A DNA stretch of 25,910 nt. It comes from a virus. Lineage: Duplodnaviria > Caudoviricetes. Each line of letters starts with the position of its first letter. Within the stretch, counting starts at the first letter, position 1. Positions 1-8,804 of the stretch are shown piece after piece. The stretch spans positions 1-25,910 of IMG/VR virus record IMGVR_UViG_3300005600_000073, one strand, 5' to 3'. A model generated the notes under the pieces. The model worked only from the letters and a program-made list of their open reading frames with translations. It was not told the DNA's origin and ran no database searches. Position numbers and translations under genes: made by a program.

Positions 1-624
1 AAGTATGTTGGATTTAATACCAATACCGTTGCTGTAAACGGCTATCAGTTTAATGGTGAAGTGCTTATTACAGGTAATTTGTTAGTTGAAAACAGTGGAA
101 TCACTATTGCGCCGCAATGGATTAGACCTCAAGCTAACTTGCATATTAGCGGATCTGGATTTGCCGGAGCTGGCGATGGTATAAAAATTCAGTCCACTCA
201 AGATGCTTTTCTTAGACTTGAAGCCGACATTAATGACAATCCGGAAGGCGACAATGCTTATATTTTAATGACCCAAGATGGAGGTTTAACGTCTGGGTTT
301 TTTGGTTTATGTAGTGGAGCGAACACTGGGCCTTTAGGAATCGTATCTGGAGTCAATGCAAATTCATTAATTATACAAAATAAAGTGGCAGCCGGAGTGA
401 ATGGGGTTGGCGGCCTTCATTTGGCAACACAGAATAAAGTTTGGGCAACATTAACTACTGGTGGATTTATGGGTGTTGGCGGCATTACAACTCCATCGGG
501 AACTTTTCACATAAGCGGGTCTGGTGTGTTTATTGATTACGACAATTTGAACGCTGGTAATCCAAATATCAAAGGGCAAATCTACCGAGATGGATCAAAC
601 GCACTTTATGTGAGTGCTGGTTAA
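1..624 (+). CDS. Tail fibre/virion structural-like protein, C-terminal part (5' truncated by window)
   Basis: Frame is open from base 1 (KYVGFNTNTVAVNGYQFNGEV...). Gly/Asn/Ser-rich beta-type composition with repeated LHISGSG/FHISGSG and MGVGGITTPSGTFHI segments resembling the VGIGTTxP..LHI repeats of phage tail-fibre-like proteins. Confidence 0.55.
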   Translation, partial: KYVGFNTNTVAVNGYQFNGEVLITGNLLVENSGITIAPQWIRPQANLHISGSGFAGAGDGIKIQSTQDAFLRLEADINDNPEGDNAYILMTQDGGLTSGFFGLCSGANTGPLGIVSGVNANSLIIQNKVAAGVNGVGGLHLATQNKVWATLTTGGFMGVGGITTPSGTFHISGSGVFIDYDNLNAGNPNIKGQIYRDGSNALYVSAG

Positions 625-627
625 AGA

Positions 628-702
628 ATGGCCATTTGTTTCATGCGAGCTGCAAACCCTGTTGCAGGATCTCCCTGCACACCATACTGGCCAAATTGTT
701 AA
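628..702 (+). CDS. Possible 24-aa Cys-containing peptide MAICFMRAANPVAGSPCTPYWPNC (not in ORF track)
   Basis: ATG lies 3 nt after the upstream stop and TAA ends 4 nt before the convergent gene's stop, filling the gap. The gap is much more GC-rich than other intergenic DNA here. Confidence 0.3.
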   Translation: MAICFMRAANPVAGSPCTPYWPNC

Positions 703-706
703 ACGA

Positions 707-1564
707 TTATTTATTTAGGGCGTCATTTAATTTTCCAAGGAGATAAAATGCGTCATTCTTTGGAATGTCCTCTAATGATGCCCAACTTTCGCAACCTTTA
801 AACTCTCGATCTTTGGCATTCGCGCACTTTGTTTTCAGTTTCTCAAAAGACAATTTCAATTTACCCATTACAGTTCGCAATGGTTCATAAATGTCATTTG
901 TTTCGATTTTACTATCATACACTTGGTTATTTTGTTGCTTATCCTTTTTGTTAAAAAGTTCTTCATTGGCAACAATATCAATGTTTAAAAAATTCCTACA
1001 ACATCTTGCGAACGAGCGATTTGTTGAAATTTCCACCAAAAATGGTAAACAAAAATCATTAACATTTTCCACATGAGCAGATGATGCTGCTGAATAAACT
1101 ATTTCCCTGTCTTCTGTTTCATAATTTGGAATCCAAGTGATTTCACAGATTGAAGAAACATAATGTTGCGAGGGGATGTCGGTTGTAAATTTTACAGATT
1201 TTATGCCCCTGATGTTCGCCAATCTTTTTAATCCGCCCAGCTTTATAATCAACTCATGGTCTTTTAACTTTTTAACATCAGTTTCGCTTGTTTTTTCCTT
1301 ATTCGGATAAAGATCTTCTTCGTCAACCATTGCCCTCCAGTCTACAAAACCGTTTTCTTTATATTTGTAGTCAACATTATCCAAAAGGCCATACTCATTT
1401 CTGTGCAAGATGATAGGCGGAATAGCAGTCTTTGACTTTTCCATGATATTTTCTTGGGTTTGAATATTTTGTTGACTGTTTTCATCGATGATAGTTTCCG
1501 AGAATGTATTCTCGTTATTTTCGATTACTTCCTTATTTTCCTGTACCTTTTTCTTTCTAGCCAT
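707..1564 (-). CDS. Rad52/Sak-like single-strand annealing protein (putative)
   Basis: IIKLGGLKRLA...SICEITW...YSAASSA...EISTNRSFARCCRNFLNIDIVANEEL resembles the AE.RA..RA.R..L.I...EE helix of Rad52/Rad22-fold annealing proteins. Replication-module context fits. Confidence 0.5.
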   Translation of the reverse strand: MARKKKVQENKEVIENNENTFSETIIDENSQQNIQTQENIMEKSKTAIPPIILHRNEYGLLDNVDYKYKENGFVDWRAMVDEEDLYPNKEKTSETDVKKLKDHELIIKLGGLKRLANIRGIKSVKFTTDIPSQHYVSSICEITWIPNYETEDREIVYSAASSAHVENVNDFCLPFLVEISTNRSFARCCRNFLNIDIVANEELFNKKDKQQNNQVYDSKIETNDIYEPLRTVMGKLKLSFEKLKTKCANAKDREFKGCESWASLEDIPKNDAFYLLGKLNDALNK

Positions 1565-1579
1565 ATATTTTATTTTTTA

Positions 1580-1608
1580 ATATTAATACTTTTTTGTTGT
1601 TTTGTCAA
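1580..1608 (-). promoter_or_regulatory. sigma70-type promoter TTGACA-N17-TAATAT for the annealing-protein gene
   Basis: -35 TTGACA at 1608-1603, 17-nt spacer, -10 TAATAT at 1585-1580, ATG at 1564. Embedded in the last codons of the endonuclease gene. Confidence 0.6.
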
Positions 1609-3418
1609 TATTTTTTTTAAAAATTAAACTCCCGCAATCCCAAATTCGGTTCCATCCATTATCTTGTGCATTTTCCCATTCAGTTTTTTGAGGGTCGTAA
1701 ACCTCAAGTTGTTCAAAATTAAGATGGCGGCACATATTTTGTCCATTATTTTTAAAATACCAATAATTCGGCTCTAATTGTTTAATTTTGTCAAACCCAA
1801 GGTTACGATAAAAGCCGCCCTGTGACCATCTCAAGTCAGAATAGCCAATTATTTTTCTAGGGGAGAATCTTTTTTCAAAATATTTTAACAACTCTTTCTC
1901 TCCGTTTATTATAGAAAAATTAAATACCGTTGCGTAACGTGTCAAGTCCCATCCATCGTTCGCATTGTTTTCGCAAAATGTCATAATTGCAATAAGTCTA
2001 TTCCTGTAAAATAGACCTAATCTTACGGACGAGTTGTCCGATCCTTCGAGGTGGTATTTTTCCAAAAAGCGATTTTTTAACTCTATATCAATTTCTCGAA
2101 TCTTACATTTTTGCGCCAAAATTTTATATTTATTAAGATTTAAAATAGACTTTAAATTTGATTTAACAGCCTTGCTTTTAAAAACAATTTCATTTTGGAG
2201 AATATGAATTAAACGAATTTCCTTTTCTTTTGATAAGGTTGTTTTGTTTAAATGATAATTTTTATCTTTCCCTTTTGATTCTGAATGCCAATAAATACCA
2301 TTGCACTCTATGGCCAGTTTATAATTTGGTAAATAAAAGTCCAATTCATAAGGACTTATTAATACTCTGTTATTTGTATCAAAGTTTAAATTATATTCAT
2401 TTAAGAAATTTTTTGTGAACTTCTCTATATCAGTTTCTTCAAATTTACACATTGGACACCCACTGCCCCTTAAATGATTGTTGGGTGTTTGTTTAAATAA
2501 GCCGTGTTTTTTGCAGATTATATCCACCTTTTTTAAAGCCTTTGCATAATTTGTTAAACTATAATCATATTTATTATCATGTATATTATTTGCCCTATTA
2601 ACGAATGTTTCGGATTTATTTTTTGACCTTTTAAGGGCCGTTGATATTCTGCCACATTCATTACAGCCCTTTCCATAAATGTGGTTTGATGGCGTTTGCC
2701 AAAACCTCCCATGTTTATCGCATATTATACAAACTTTTTTATGAATGTTAACGTAAGACACTTCTGAATAATCATACTTATTTCCATGAATTTTTTTAAA
2801 TCTTTCTATAATTTTGTCAGCAGACAATCTATCAGAATCAATTTTACATTTTGGACATTTGTTTTTTAAATTTATATGGTTTTTTGCAGATTGAATGAAC
2901 TCGCCGTGCTTTTGGCAAAAAATTGAAATTTTAGACTCTCTATTTTTATAATTTGACAAATCATAAGTATATTCATTGCTGTGAACTGTTTTTGCTATTT
3001 TTAAAAAATTTTCTTTTGTTTCGGTTTTGTTTAAATCGTCGCATTTTTTACATCCATGTCCGTTCATATGTGACCAAGCGAATTGAAGAAATTCTCCGTG
3101 GATTGGACATATTATTTTAACTTTTGATTTTGAATTTTTATATTCTACCAATGAATAGTCGAATTTATTGCCATGCTTTTGCATAGATCTATCTAAAAAA
3201 ACACCAATGTCAAAACGTGTAGACTCGCTAGCGCATTTCGCACAACCAGAGCCCCTCAAATGAGAAGACTTTATCTGATGAAATTCGCCATGTTTTGGGC
3301 AAATTATTGTTATTGGTTTATCCCATTTAACATAAATTGACTTAGAATAATCATATTTGTCGCCGTGTACCTCTGCGGCTTTTTTTATAAAATCGTCTGT
3401 TGTTGATATTCTTATCAT
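1583..3418 (-). CDS. Free-standing homing-endonuclease-like protein: 5 DUF723-type Zn repeats + Vsr/Hef-like nuclease + C-terminal GNAT-like region
   Basis: Five F...HG.KYDYS...Y......I.C..HG.F.Q....H..G.GC..C repeats. ELDFYLPNYKLAIECNGIYWHS nuclease motif. C-terminus has YSDLRWSQGGFYRNLGF...RIWDCG. ATGA overlap with the ligase stop. Confidence 0.75.
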   Translation of the reverse strand: MIRISTTDDFIKKAAEVHGDKYDYSKSIYVKWDKPITIICPKHGEFHQIKSSHLRGSGCAKCASESTRFDIGVFLDRSMQKHGNKFDYSLVEYKNSKSKVKIICPIHGEFLQFAWSHMNGHGCKKCDDLNKTETKENFLKIAKTVHSNEYTYDLSNYKNRESKISIFCQKHGEFIQSAKNHINLKNKCPKCKIDSDRLSADKIIERFKKIHGNKYDYSEVSYVNIHKKVCIICDKHGRFWQTPSNHIYGKGCNECGRISTALKRSKNKSETFVNRANNIHDNKYDYSLTNYAKALKKVDIICKKHGLFKQTPNNHLRGSGCPMCKFEETDIEKFTKNFLNEYNLNFDTNNRVLISPYELDFYLPNYKLAIECNGIYWHSESKGKDKNYHLNKTTLSKEKEIRLIHILQNEIVFKSKAVKSNLKSILNLNKYKILAQKCKIREIDIELKNRFLEKYHLEGSDNSSVRLGLFYRNRLIAIMTFCENNANDGWDLTRYATVFNFSIINGEKELLKYFEKRFSPRKIIGYSDLRWSQGGFYRNLGFDKIKQLEPNYWYFKNNGQNMCRHLNFEQLEVYDPQKTEWENAQDNGWNRIWDCGSLIFKKNIDKTTKKY

Positions 3419-4551
3419 TTCTTAAAACAATTGTTAATATCTATTCTGGCAAAATTGGGTATTTTCAACCCTGTCAAGCCATTGTATAGGAAAGTAACCT
3501 CTTTGTCAAGCCAATTCCCCTTATTTTCTAAAACTTCTTTTAGTTGTTTCTGTGATCCTTTGAAGGTCGCATCAAATATTTTGTCGCCCCATTTTAGCGT
3601 GGCTGTTTTCGCAACTCCAGACCAATTTCCCTTACCTTCAATAACATCAATAATTATAGCTTCTGAATCATCTTCAGGTTTTATTTTCAATAAATATTTG
3701 CTTCTCTTATTTTCATAGCCTTTTTCGATATTTCTCAGAATTATACCTTCATGGCCTTCTTCTACAAACGCTTCATAAACGTAATCCAAACCCTTTTGGT
3801 TTTTTATTGGAAAGTCTCTGACACGCGCCATATAATTATATAAATTGGTAACATTTTTGTCTATCCAACTTTTTCTTTTTTGATAACTTGTCTTAATACC
3901 AAGGTTGTCAAAATCATATCCATCATAAATATAAAATCTAACCAATTCTTCACTTTTGTCAAGGTCTTCCTGTGTGATGTGTTTGGTTTTTCTTACAAGT
4001 TTGCTGATTTCATTGAGTTGTTGGCGCAATTCGGAATTAAATAATTCACCATCGAGAACGGCATCGGGATATTCTTTGAAGAATGGCCGCAAAGAATCAT
4101 GGATATGTGGGATGCTTAAATATTCCTCCCCCTTTCTTGTAAATAAACCATTTTTAATGGCGACACACCTCATTCCATTGAACTTACATTGAGCAATCCA
4201 ATTTTCTTTAGCAAAATCAATCTTATGAGAGTAATTTTTATAATTTTTGGCAAGCATCGGCTGAACAAAAGAGTCTTTGGCTTCGCTAACCCTGCTAATA
4301 TCGTCTGTGTAGCCAGTTTTTTGCTTTTTGGTATACTTGGCCTCAATCTCTAATTGTGCTTGCTCTACGGCTGTTGTGGCATTTGATTTGCCGATATTTT
4401 TAGGAGACGCTTTTGTATATTTACTTTGGACAATCGCCCCACCATCTAATCCAGAAAAGAAACAAAATTTATCATCATCTTGCTCTGCCCACCAAACTCG
4501 AATTGAATTTGTAGAATCCTTTTTATAGAGTTTTTTGTAAACCTTATTCAT
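3415..4551 (-). CDS. lig: ATP-dependent DNA ligase
   Basis: QPMLA, motif I variant QCKFNGMR, LDGELF, YIYD, EGHEGIILR, RSKYLLKIK and a C-terminal OB domain. N-terminal WGR-like extension (KNIGKSNATTAVEQA...KKQKTGY). Confidence 0.9.
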   Translation of the reverse strand: MNKVYKKLYKKDSTNSIRVWWAEQDDDKFCFFSGLDGGAIVQSKYTKASPKNIGKSNATTAVEQAQLEIEAKYTKKQKTGYTDDISRVSEAKDSFVQPMLAKNYKNYSHKIDFAKENWIAQCKFNGMRCVAIKNGLFTRKGEEYLSIPHIHDSLRPFFKEYPDAVLDGELFNSELRQQLNEISKLVRKTKHITQEDLDKSEELVRFYIYDGYDFDNLGIKTSYQKRKSWIDKNVTNLYNYMARVRDFPIKNQKGLDYVYEAFVEEGHEGIILRNIEKGYENKRSKYLLKIKPEDDSEAIIIDVIEGKGNWSGVAKTATLKWGDKIFDATFKGSQKQLKEVLENKGNWLDKEVTFLYNGLTGLKIPNFARIDINNCFKK

Positions 4552-4555
4552 AATT

Positions 4556-5731
4556 TTAATTTAATTTTTCAATAAAATAAAGAAAATCAACTTCTCTCCA
4601 TAAATCTTTGCTGTCATAAGCCTTTTTCCACTCCCCGAAGTTTTTCACCTCGTCATTTTTGCACCAACCTTGTTTGCCGTAGAAATTTCTACCGCCGCAC
4701 GAAACAACTTTACATGCCTTATAATAAAGATTGTCAAAATTAACATCTTTAAACTCGTCTGCTGTTTTCGGATCAAAAATCTTTTCAAATGTGACAATGG
4801 CAAAATCCATAAAGTCAAGTTTGATATGTTCGTTACCCTCTTCGGGCAGTTGACAATTTAAACCAAATGGAATTCCAGATTCATAAATTTGTTTTGCAAA
4901 ATCAACATCATAGTCTTTGCGGAAATTGTATTGGATTTGTTTAATACTGCTCTTATAAGGCATGACTTTTTTAATGTCAAATGGCTTTTCAGTGATGATA
5001 TAACAATGACCGTGAGAAGCGATTTGTTTAATCATATTATCTTGATTAAAGCTATAATCCATTCTAATAACAAGTGGAGCGCCTTTGTCATCAATATTAG
5101 CGACGGCATCGGGGGCAATCTCGAAATGCTTTTGCATGAATTTATTTCCTATGTAAATAGTTTTAAAATCAAAGGAGATTTCTTTTCCGAGCAACTTTAA
5201 AATGTTTTTGGCAATGTCTTCTGGTTTAATCTTATCGATGATTCTTTCAGGATCATCCAATGAATAAAGTGGCTTGCCGTCCTTATAGGATGTCATTCCA
5301 ATAAAATCTTCCGACTTTGTCCAATACGGCCCCACACATTCAATATAATTATTTGAATAAAGGCATACTATTTTTTTACCGTATCCAGATGCGACGTGAA
5401 CTGGAAAACTATCTACCCCGACATGTAGGAGAGAATCCTTAATGATATAAGCTGTTTGGTTAAAGGAAGTCTGGCCGCAAATATCAAAAATACCATCTAT
5501 TTTTATGTCATCTTTTCCTCCAATTTGAACGATACTGATTCCCATTGCATCCAAATGGGGTTTAATAAGGTTAACTACTTCTTGCCAATATTGATAGGTT
5601 TTTGCTGGCTTTGACGTTGTATGAAGGGTTATATACCTTTCAATGATCATTGGAAAGTAATCCTCATAAACTTCTGGGCGACCAATTTTGACACCCGCTG
5701 ACTTGCTATACTCTTCAATTAAGTGGGCCAT
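4556..5731 (-). CDS. Glycosyltransferase family 9-like protein: C-terminal (donor-binding) lobe only, plus unknown C-terminal domain
   Basis: Starts at the inter-lobe segment HLIEEY, then YITLH...KTYQYWQEVV...IVQIGG...DICGQTSFNQTAYIIKDSLLHVGVDSFPVHVASGYGKKIVCLY, matching the GT9 DSG..H.A.A pattern. No N-lobe IGD motif. Confidence 0.75.
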   Translation of the reverse strand: MAHLIEEYSKSAGVKIGRPEVYEDYFPMIIERYITLHTTSKPAKTYQYWQEVVNLIKPHLDAMGISIVQIGGKDDIKIDGIFDICGQTSFNQTAYIIKDSLLHVGVDSFPVHVASGYGKKIVCLYSNNYIECVGPYWTKSEDFIGMTSYKDGKPLYSLDDPERIIDKIKPEDIAKNILKLLGKEISFDFKTIYIGNKFMQKHFEIAPDAVANIDDKGAPLVIRMDYSFNQDNMIKQIASHGHCYIITEKPFDIKKVMPYKSSIKQIQYNFRKDYDVDFAKQIYESGIPFGLNCQLPEEGNEHIKLDFMDFAIVTFEKIFDPKTADEFKDVNFDNLYYKACKVVSCGGRNFYGKQGWCKNDEVKNFGEWKKAYDSKDLWREVDFLYFIEKLN

Positions 5732-5735
5732 ATTT

Positions 5736-6143
5736 TTATTCTTTAATTTTATAATTTCTTTTAACTACCATTTCCTCAGATGCAACTTCTAGAATTTTTG
5801 CATCAGACATCCAGTCAATGGCTTCTGGCTCGCCATGTTTCCCGCCGCCGGACCAATAGGTCCACCCAACGTAATTTCCGTCGTCGAGCTGTCTGGCTAC
5901 AAATTCAGAGTCGTAATGGCGAGACCATTCACATGGCAAGTCAGTTGATTCCCCAGTTTGTCTAAACTCATTTATAGCATCATGAATATAATCCTCTTCG
6001 TATAAAAGGTCAAAATCTTCATCAATATCACCCTTCAATTTACTTTTATCAAATGGTTCATCGCCGTATTTTAATGAAAAATCAGCGTCTATTTCCAAAA
6101 ATTCCTTAATTATTTGTTTTTTAATTAGTTGTTCGGCAGTCAT
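5736..6143 (-). CDS. Hypothetical phage protein
   Basis: Tightly packed ORF with A-rich leader. Motif-like WSRHYDSEFVA...VGWTYWSGGGKHGEPEAIDW. Confidence 0.8.
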   Translation of the reverse strand: MTAEQLIKKQIIKEFLEIDADFSLKYGDEPFDKSKLKGDIDEDFDLLYEEDYIHDAINEFRQTGESTDLPCEWSRHYDSEFVARQLDDGNYVGWTYWSGGGKHGEPEAIDWMSDAKILEVASEEMVVKRNYKIKE

Positions 6144-6152
6144 AATATTTCA

Positions 6153-6488
6153 TCACTTCTCTTCAATTATTTTAATTTGCGGCGCTGCTAAATCTTTCTT
6201 CAATTTTTTGTTTTTTAAATTGACGGTCACTTTATTTGATTTTGGGCCGAATTGCTTTCCGTCATATGGAACAACATTAATAGTATAGTCGTAGCCGCCC
6301 AATAAATCAAGTTTAAATTTTGTATTTTTTGTTTTATGGACAGTGACAAATCCGGTATCGGACTCGATATAAATGTTGTAATGCATTGCATTATCAATAG
6401 GCTGCCACATCAGATAGGATTCGGCATTTAAATTGCTATAAATATTAAGTTCCGTCAAGGCCAAAAAGATACTAAGTATTTTTTTCAT
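6153..6488 (-). CDS. Fibronectin type III-like small protein with possible signal peptide
   Basis: MKKILSIFLAL...NLNA leader. LMWQPIDNAMHYNIY...L..GYDYTINVVPY...GPKSN matches the FN3 W/Y/L/Y/S pattern. Confidence 0.55.
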   Translation of the reverse strand: MKKILSIFLALTELNIYSNLNAESYLMWQPIDNAMHYNIYIESDTGFVTVHKTKNTKFKLDLLGGYDYTINVVPYDGKQFGPKSNKVTVNLKNKKLKKDLAAPQIKIIEEK

Positions 6489-6690
6489 ATTTTTTTAAAT
6501 TTTCTATATCTTTCCACAGTTCGTTGTGAAGGCAAACACAATTATCATGATCGTAACCACATTCTCGACAGGTGCAACAAGGTCCGTGAGTGGGGGTTGT
6601 CGTTTCCATATAACCCTCCTGTTTAAGCTCTCCATATTCTAAAAAAAGGGAAATAACATCTTGTAATTTTACAAATTGATCATTTTTCAT
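6472..6690 (-). CDS. Small Cys/His-rich hypothetical protein
   Basis: HGPCCTCRECGYDHDNCVCLHN cluster. Confidence 0.7.
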   Translation of the reverse strand: MKNDQFVKLQDVISLFLEYGELKQEGYMETTTPTHGPCCTCRECGYDHDNCVCLHNELWKDIENLKKYEKNT

Positions 6691-6696
6691 ATTTTT

Positions 6697-6885
6697 TTAA
6701 GAAATAACAATCATTGGGAATTCATTCTCTCCAAAATTATATGTTAATTTTATATCACCAACCTTATTAAAATAATCGAAGCCATCTTCATATTGGCATT
6801 TATAATAAACGTCAGTCTCCTCAAATTCTGAGCAACATTTTTTTTCAATTTTTTGTAATTTGGCTATCAATTCATTTATTGTCAT
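6697..6885 (-). CDS. Hypothetical phage protein
   Basis: MTINELIAKLQK start typical of small phage ORFs; packed in the operon. Confidence 0.7.
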   Translation of the reverse strand: MTINELIAKLQKIEKKCCSEFEETDVYYKCQYEDGFDYFNKVGDIKLTYNFGENEFPMIVIS

Positions 6886-7093
6886 TTTTTAATTCCTTTC
6901 CTTCCTTATTATGAATTTTGATTTTGCCAGTCTTGGTTATATAAATTTGTAAACTTTCCTTTTTAGTTTCGACTTTTAAAACAACCCAACCCTTTTTATA
7001 ATCAGAGCAACATCTTTCAATTTTGGCCGCGCCGTATTCGAAGCCATACTTGGTTTCAGAATAGTGTATTTTGGGAGGACTTAATGGATTCAT
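6872..7093 (-). CDS. Hypothetical phage protein
   Basis: Packed ORF with AAAAATTATG leader. Confidence 0.7.
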   Translation of the reverse strand: MNPLSPPKIHYSETKYGFEYGAAKIERCCSDYKKGWVVLKVETKKESLQIYITKTGKIKIHNKEGKELKNDNK

Positions 7094-7098
7094 AATTT

Positions 7099-7488
7099 TT
7101 AATTAACTTGAAAGCATTCAACTTCTTCGCGGTAATAACCGTTAGACTCTCCTAGAAAATAAAACTCAACCCTATCGCCATACTCGTTTTCCAAATAAAA
7201 ACATGACCAAGTATAAGATTCTTCGTATTTTGGCTTTTTATACCATTCTGGGTGCGTGTTTTTCGTTTCGTCTTCAGCCAAAGTAATTTTAGTATCGATA
7301 AGTGAGCTAATATCTCCAATAATTCTATAGAGTTTTACGTATTCGCAGCAGTCTTGAAGATGATATAGAGCAAACGTTTCTTGTTCGGTATTAATTTCTA
7401 TGTTTCGATCATCGTTTACAATACTTTTAATTACTTGACCCTTTATATTAAAGAATTCAGTTTTTTGATCGTAATTTGGCTCTTTCAT
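7099..7488 (-). CDS. Hypothetical phage protein with H.QDCCE and GESNGYY motifs
   Basis: LYHLQDCCEYV...ESYTW...FLGESNGYYREEV, a pattern I recall from a phage family of unknown function. Confidence 0.75.
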   Translation of the reverse strand: MKEPNYDQKTEFFNIKGQVIKSIVNDDRNIEINTEQETFALYHLQDCCEYVKLYRIIGDISSLIDTKITLAEDETKNTHPEWYKKPKYEESYTWSCFYLENEYGDRVEFYFLGESNGYYREEVECFQVN

Positions 7489-7523
7489 AATTTTGTTTTT
7501 AATTATTGTTTTTTAAATAATTT

Positions 7524-7751
7524 TTAATTATTATTATCTTTTTCGTAACTGTTTATCAACTCTTTTATTTCTATTTTGCAATTTGAACAATAGTCTTTAC
7601 CGAAGAGATTTAACCATGAACTTGGTATTTTATACTGAGTGGTAGGTATACCACCCCCAATATAGGAAGTTTTTGGATAATAATCTGGCTCCGCATCTTC
7701 TTTGTGTCCGCATTTATCGCAAATTGAGATTGGTTTTATTTGTTTAATCAT
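7524..7751 (-). CDS. Small zinc-ribbon protein
   Basis: CDKC...YCSNC pairs. Confidence 0.7.
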   Translation of the reverse strand: MIKQIKPISICDKCGHKEDAEPDYYPKTSYIGGGIPTTQYKIPSSWLNLFGKDYCSNCKIEIKELINSYEKDNNN

Positions 7752-7755
7752 AATT

Positions 7756-8628
7756 TTACTTTCTATTATTCAATATAAAATCAATATTATCTTGTTCGAA
7801 ACCACATGCAAACGGATGGCCTCCACCTCCGTTTCGTTTAGCAATTTCAGATAGCGGAGTTCTTTGGTCGGGGCTATACATTGAAATTTTATATTTATTT
7901 GACGGCCCATTATAATAAAATGACATAACGGCGTCATGTTTTTTGGGATCGAATTTGGAATTGAATGTTATTGAATTGATAAAAGCGGCATTAACGACCA
8001 AAAAATTCAAATTTTCCAAATTGATTTCAAAACTCGGCTTCATTAACTTTTCATCTTGTTGTTTTTGGTAATTTATAACAACCTTACCATTATTTACAAC
8101 ATTGTCAAAAAATCCAATACCACGATGGTCTAAAATGTGATCTGTCCAAATATTAAAATTTGTAGCTGGATCTGTTTTTTCTAATCGCATTCCCATTTGA
8201 AATGGCATGACATCTTCTGTCGCGTCAATCTGCCAAATGTCGTAACGACCGAGTAAATATACCATATGGGGCATTTCATCTTCATAAAATGTGTTCCAGC
8301 ATAATTCACAAGCCGCAAAATTTGTATCTAAAGTTGTTTGCCATTGTTTCGTTAGTGAACTTTTGTTAGTGTTATATTCGTCAATTGCTGATTTATGATG
8401 GTCAATCCAAATAATTTCCTCTGCTAACTCATCAAGTTTTTGCATATTAGACCAAGGTTGCATGCTGAAATCAACCATAACAACTTTCTTCCCTTTAATT
8501 TTTCCCCAAGGAACTTCTTCACCGTAGTCGATGCCATACAATTCAGCATCTTTAAATTTACTTTTACAAATTGCACCGCTACAATGACCGTCTAAGTCGG
8601 CGCTATGATATAGGATTATTTCTTTCAT
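7756..8628 (-). CDS. DHH/DHHA1 family phosphoesterase
   Basis: YHSADLDG, MVDFS, WIDHHKS and GGGGHPFACGF motifs are all present. Confidence 0.9.
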   Translation of the reverse strand: MKEIILYHSADLDGHCSGAICKSKFKDAELYGIDYGEEVPWGKIKGKKVVMVDFSMQPWSNMQKLDELAEEIIWIDHHKSAIDEYNTNKSSLTKQWQTTLDTNFAACELCWNTFYEDEMPHMVYLLGRYDIWQIDATEDVMPFQMGMRLEKTDPATNFNIWTDHILDHRGIGFFDNVVNNGKVVINYQKQQDEKLMKPSFEINLENLNFLVVNAAFINSITFNSKFDPKKHDAVMSFYYNGPSNKYKISMYSPDQRTPLSEIAKRNGGGGHPFACGFEQDNIDFILNNRK

Positions 8629-8642
8629 AACTTTTTCATTTA

Positions 8643-8804
8643 TTAATATTCAAACCAATTCCCTTGAGAATCTAACATTACCCTCTTTCCGCATGAGCAT
8701 GTAGAGTGGAAAGATACCCCATCAAACGTCTTGTTTCCACCTTCGCAATTATGCCATTTTAATATATTGTGTTTAATATGTTTAATACATTTTTTTATTT
8801 TCAT
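8643..8804 (-). CDS. 53-aa hypothetical metal-binding protein (not in ORF track)
   Basis: Manual translation MKIKKCIKHIKHNILKWHNCEGGNKTFDGVSFHSTCSCGKRVMLDSQGNWFEY*. Fills the gap between the YopX-like and DHH genes. Confidence 0.7.
   Translation of the reverse strand: MKIKKCIKHIKHNILKWHNCEGGNKTFDGVSFHSTCSCGKRVMLDSQGNWFEY

Noticed and set aside
625-706. Hammerhead or HDV-like ribozyme at the convergent junction
   Set aside because: No CUGANGA core on either strand, and the HDV nested pseudoknot elements could not be placed by eye.
4174-4188. Ligase motif I reading KFNG instead of KxDG as a sign of inactivation
   Set aside because: The adenylated Lys, the Arg and all other motifs are intact, and KxNG variants occur in nucleotidyltransferases of this superfamily.
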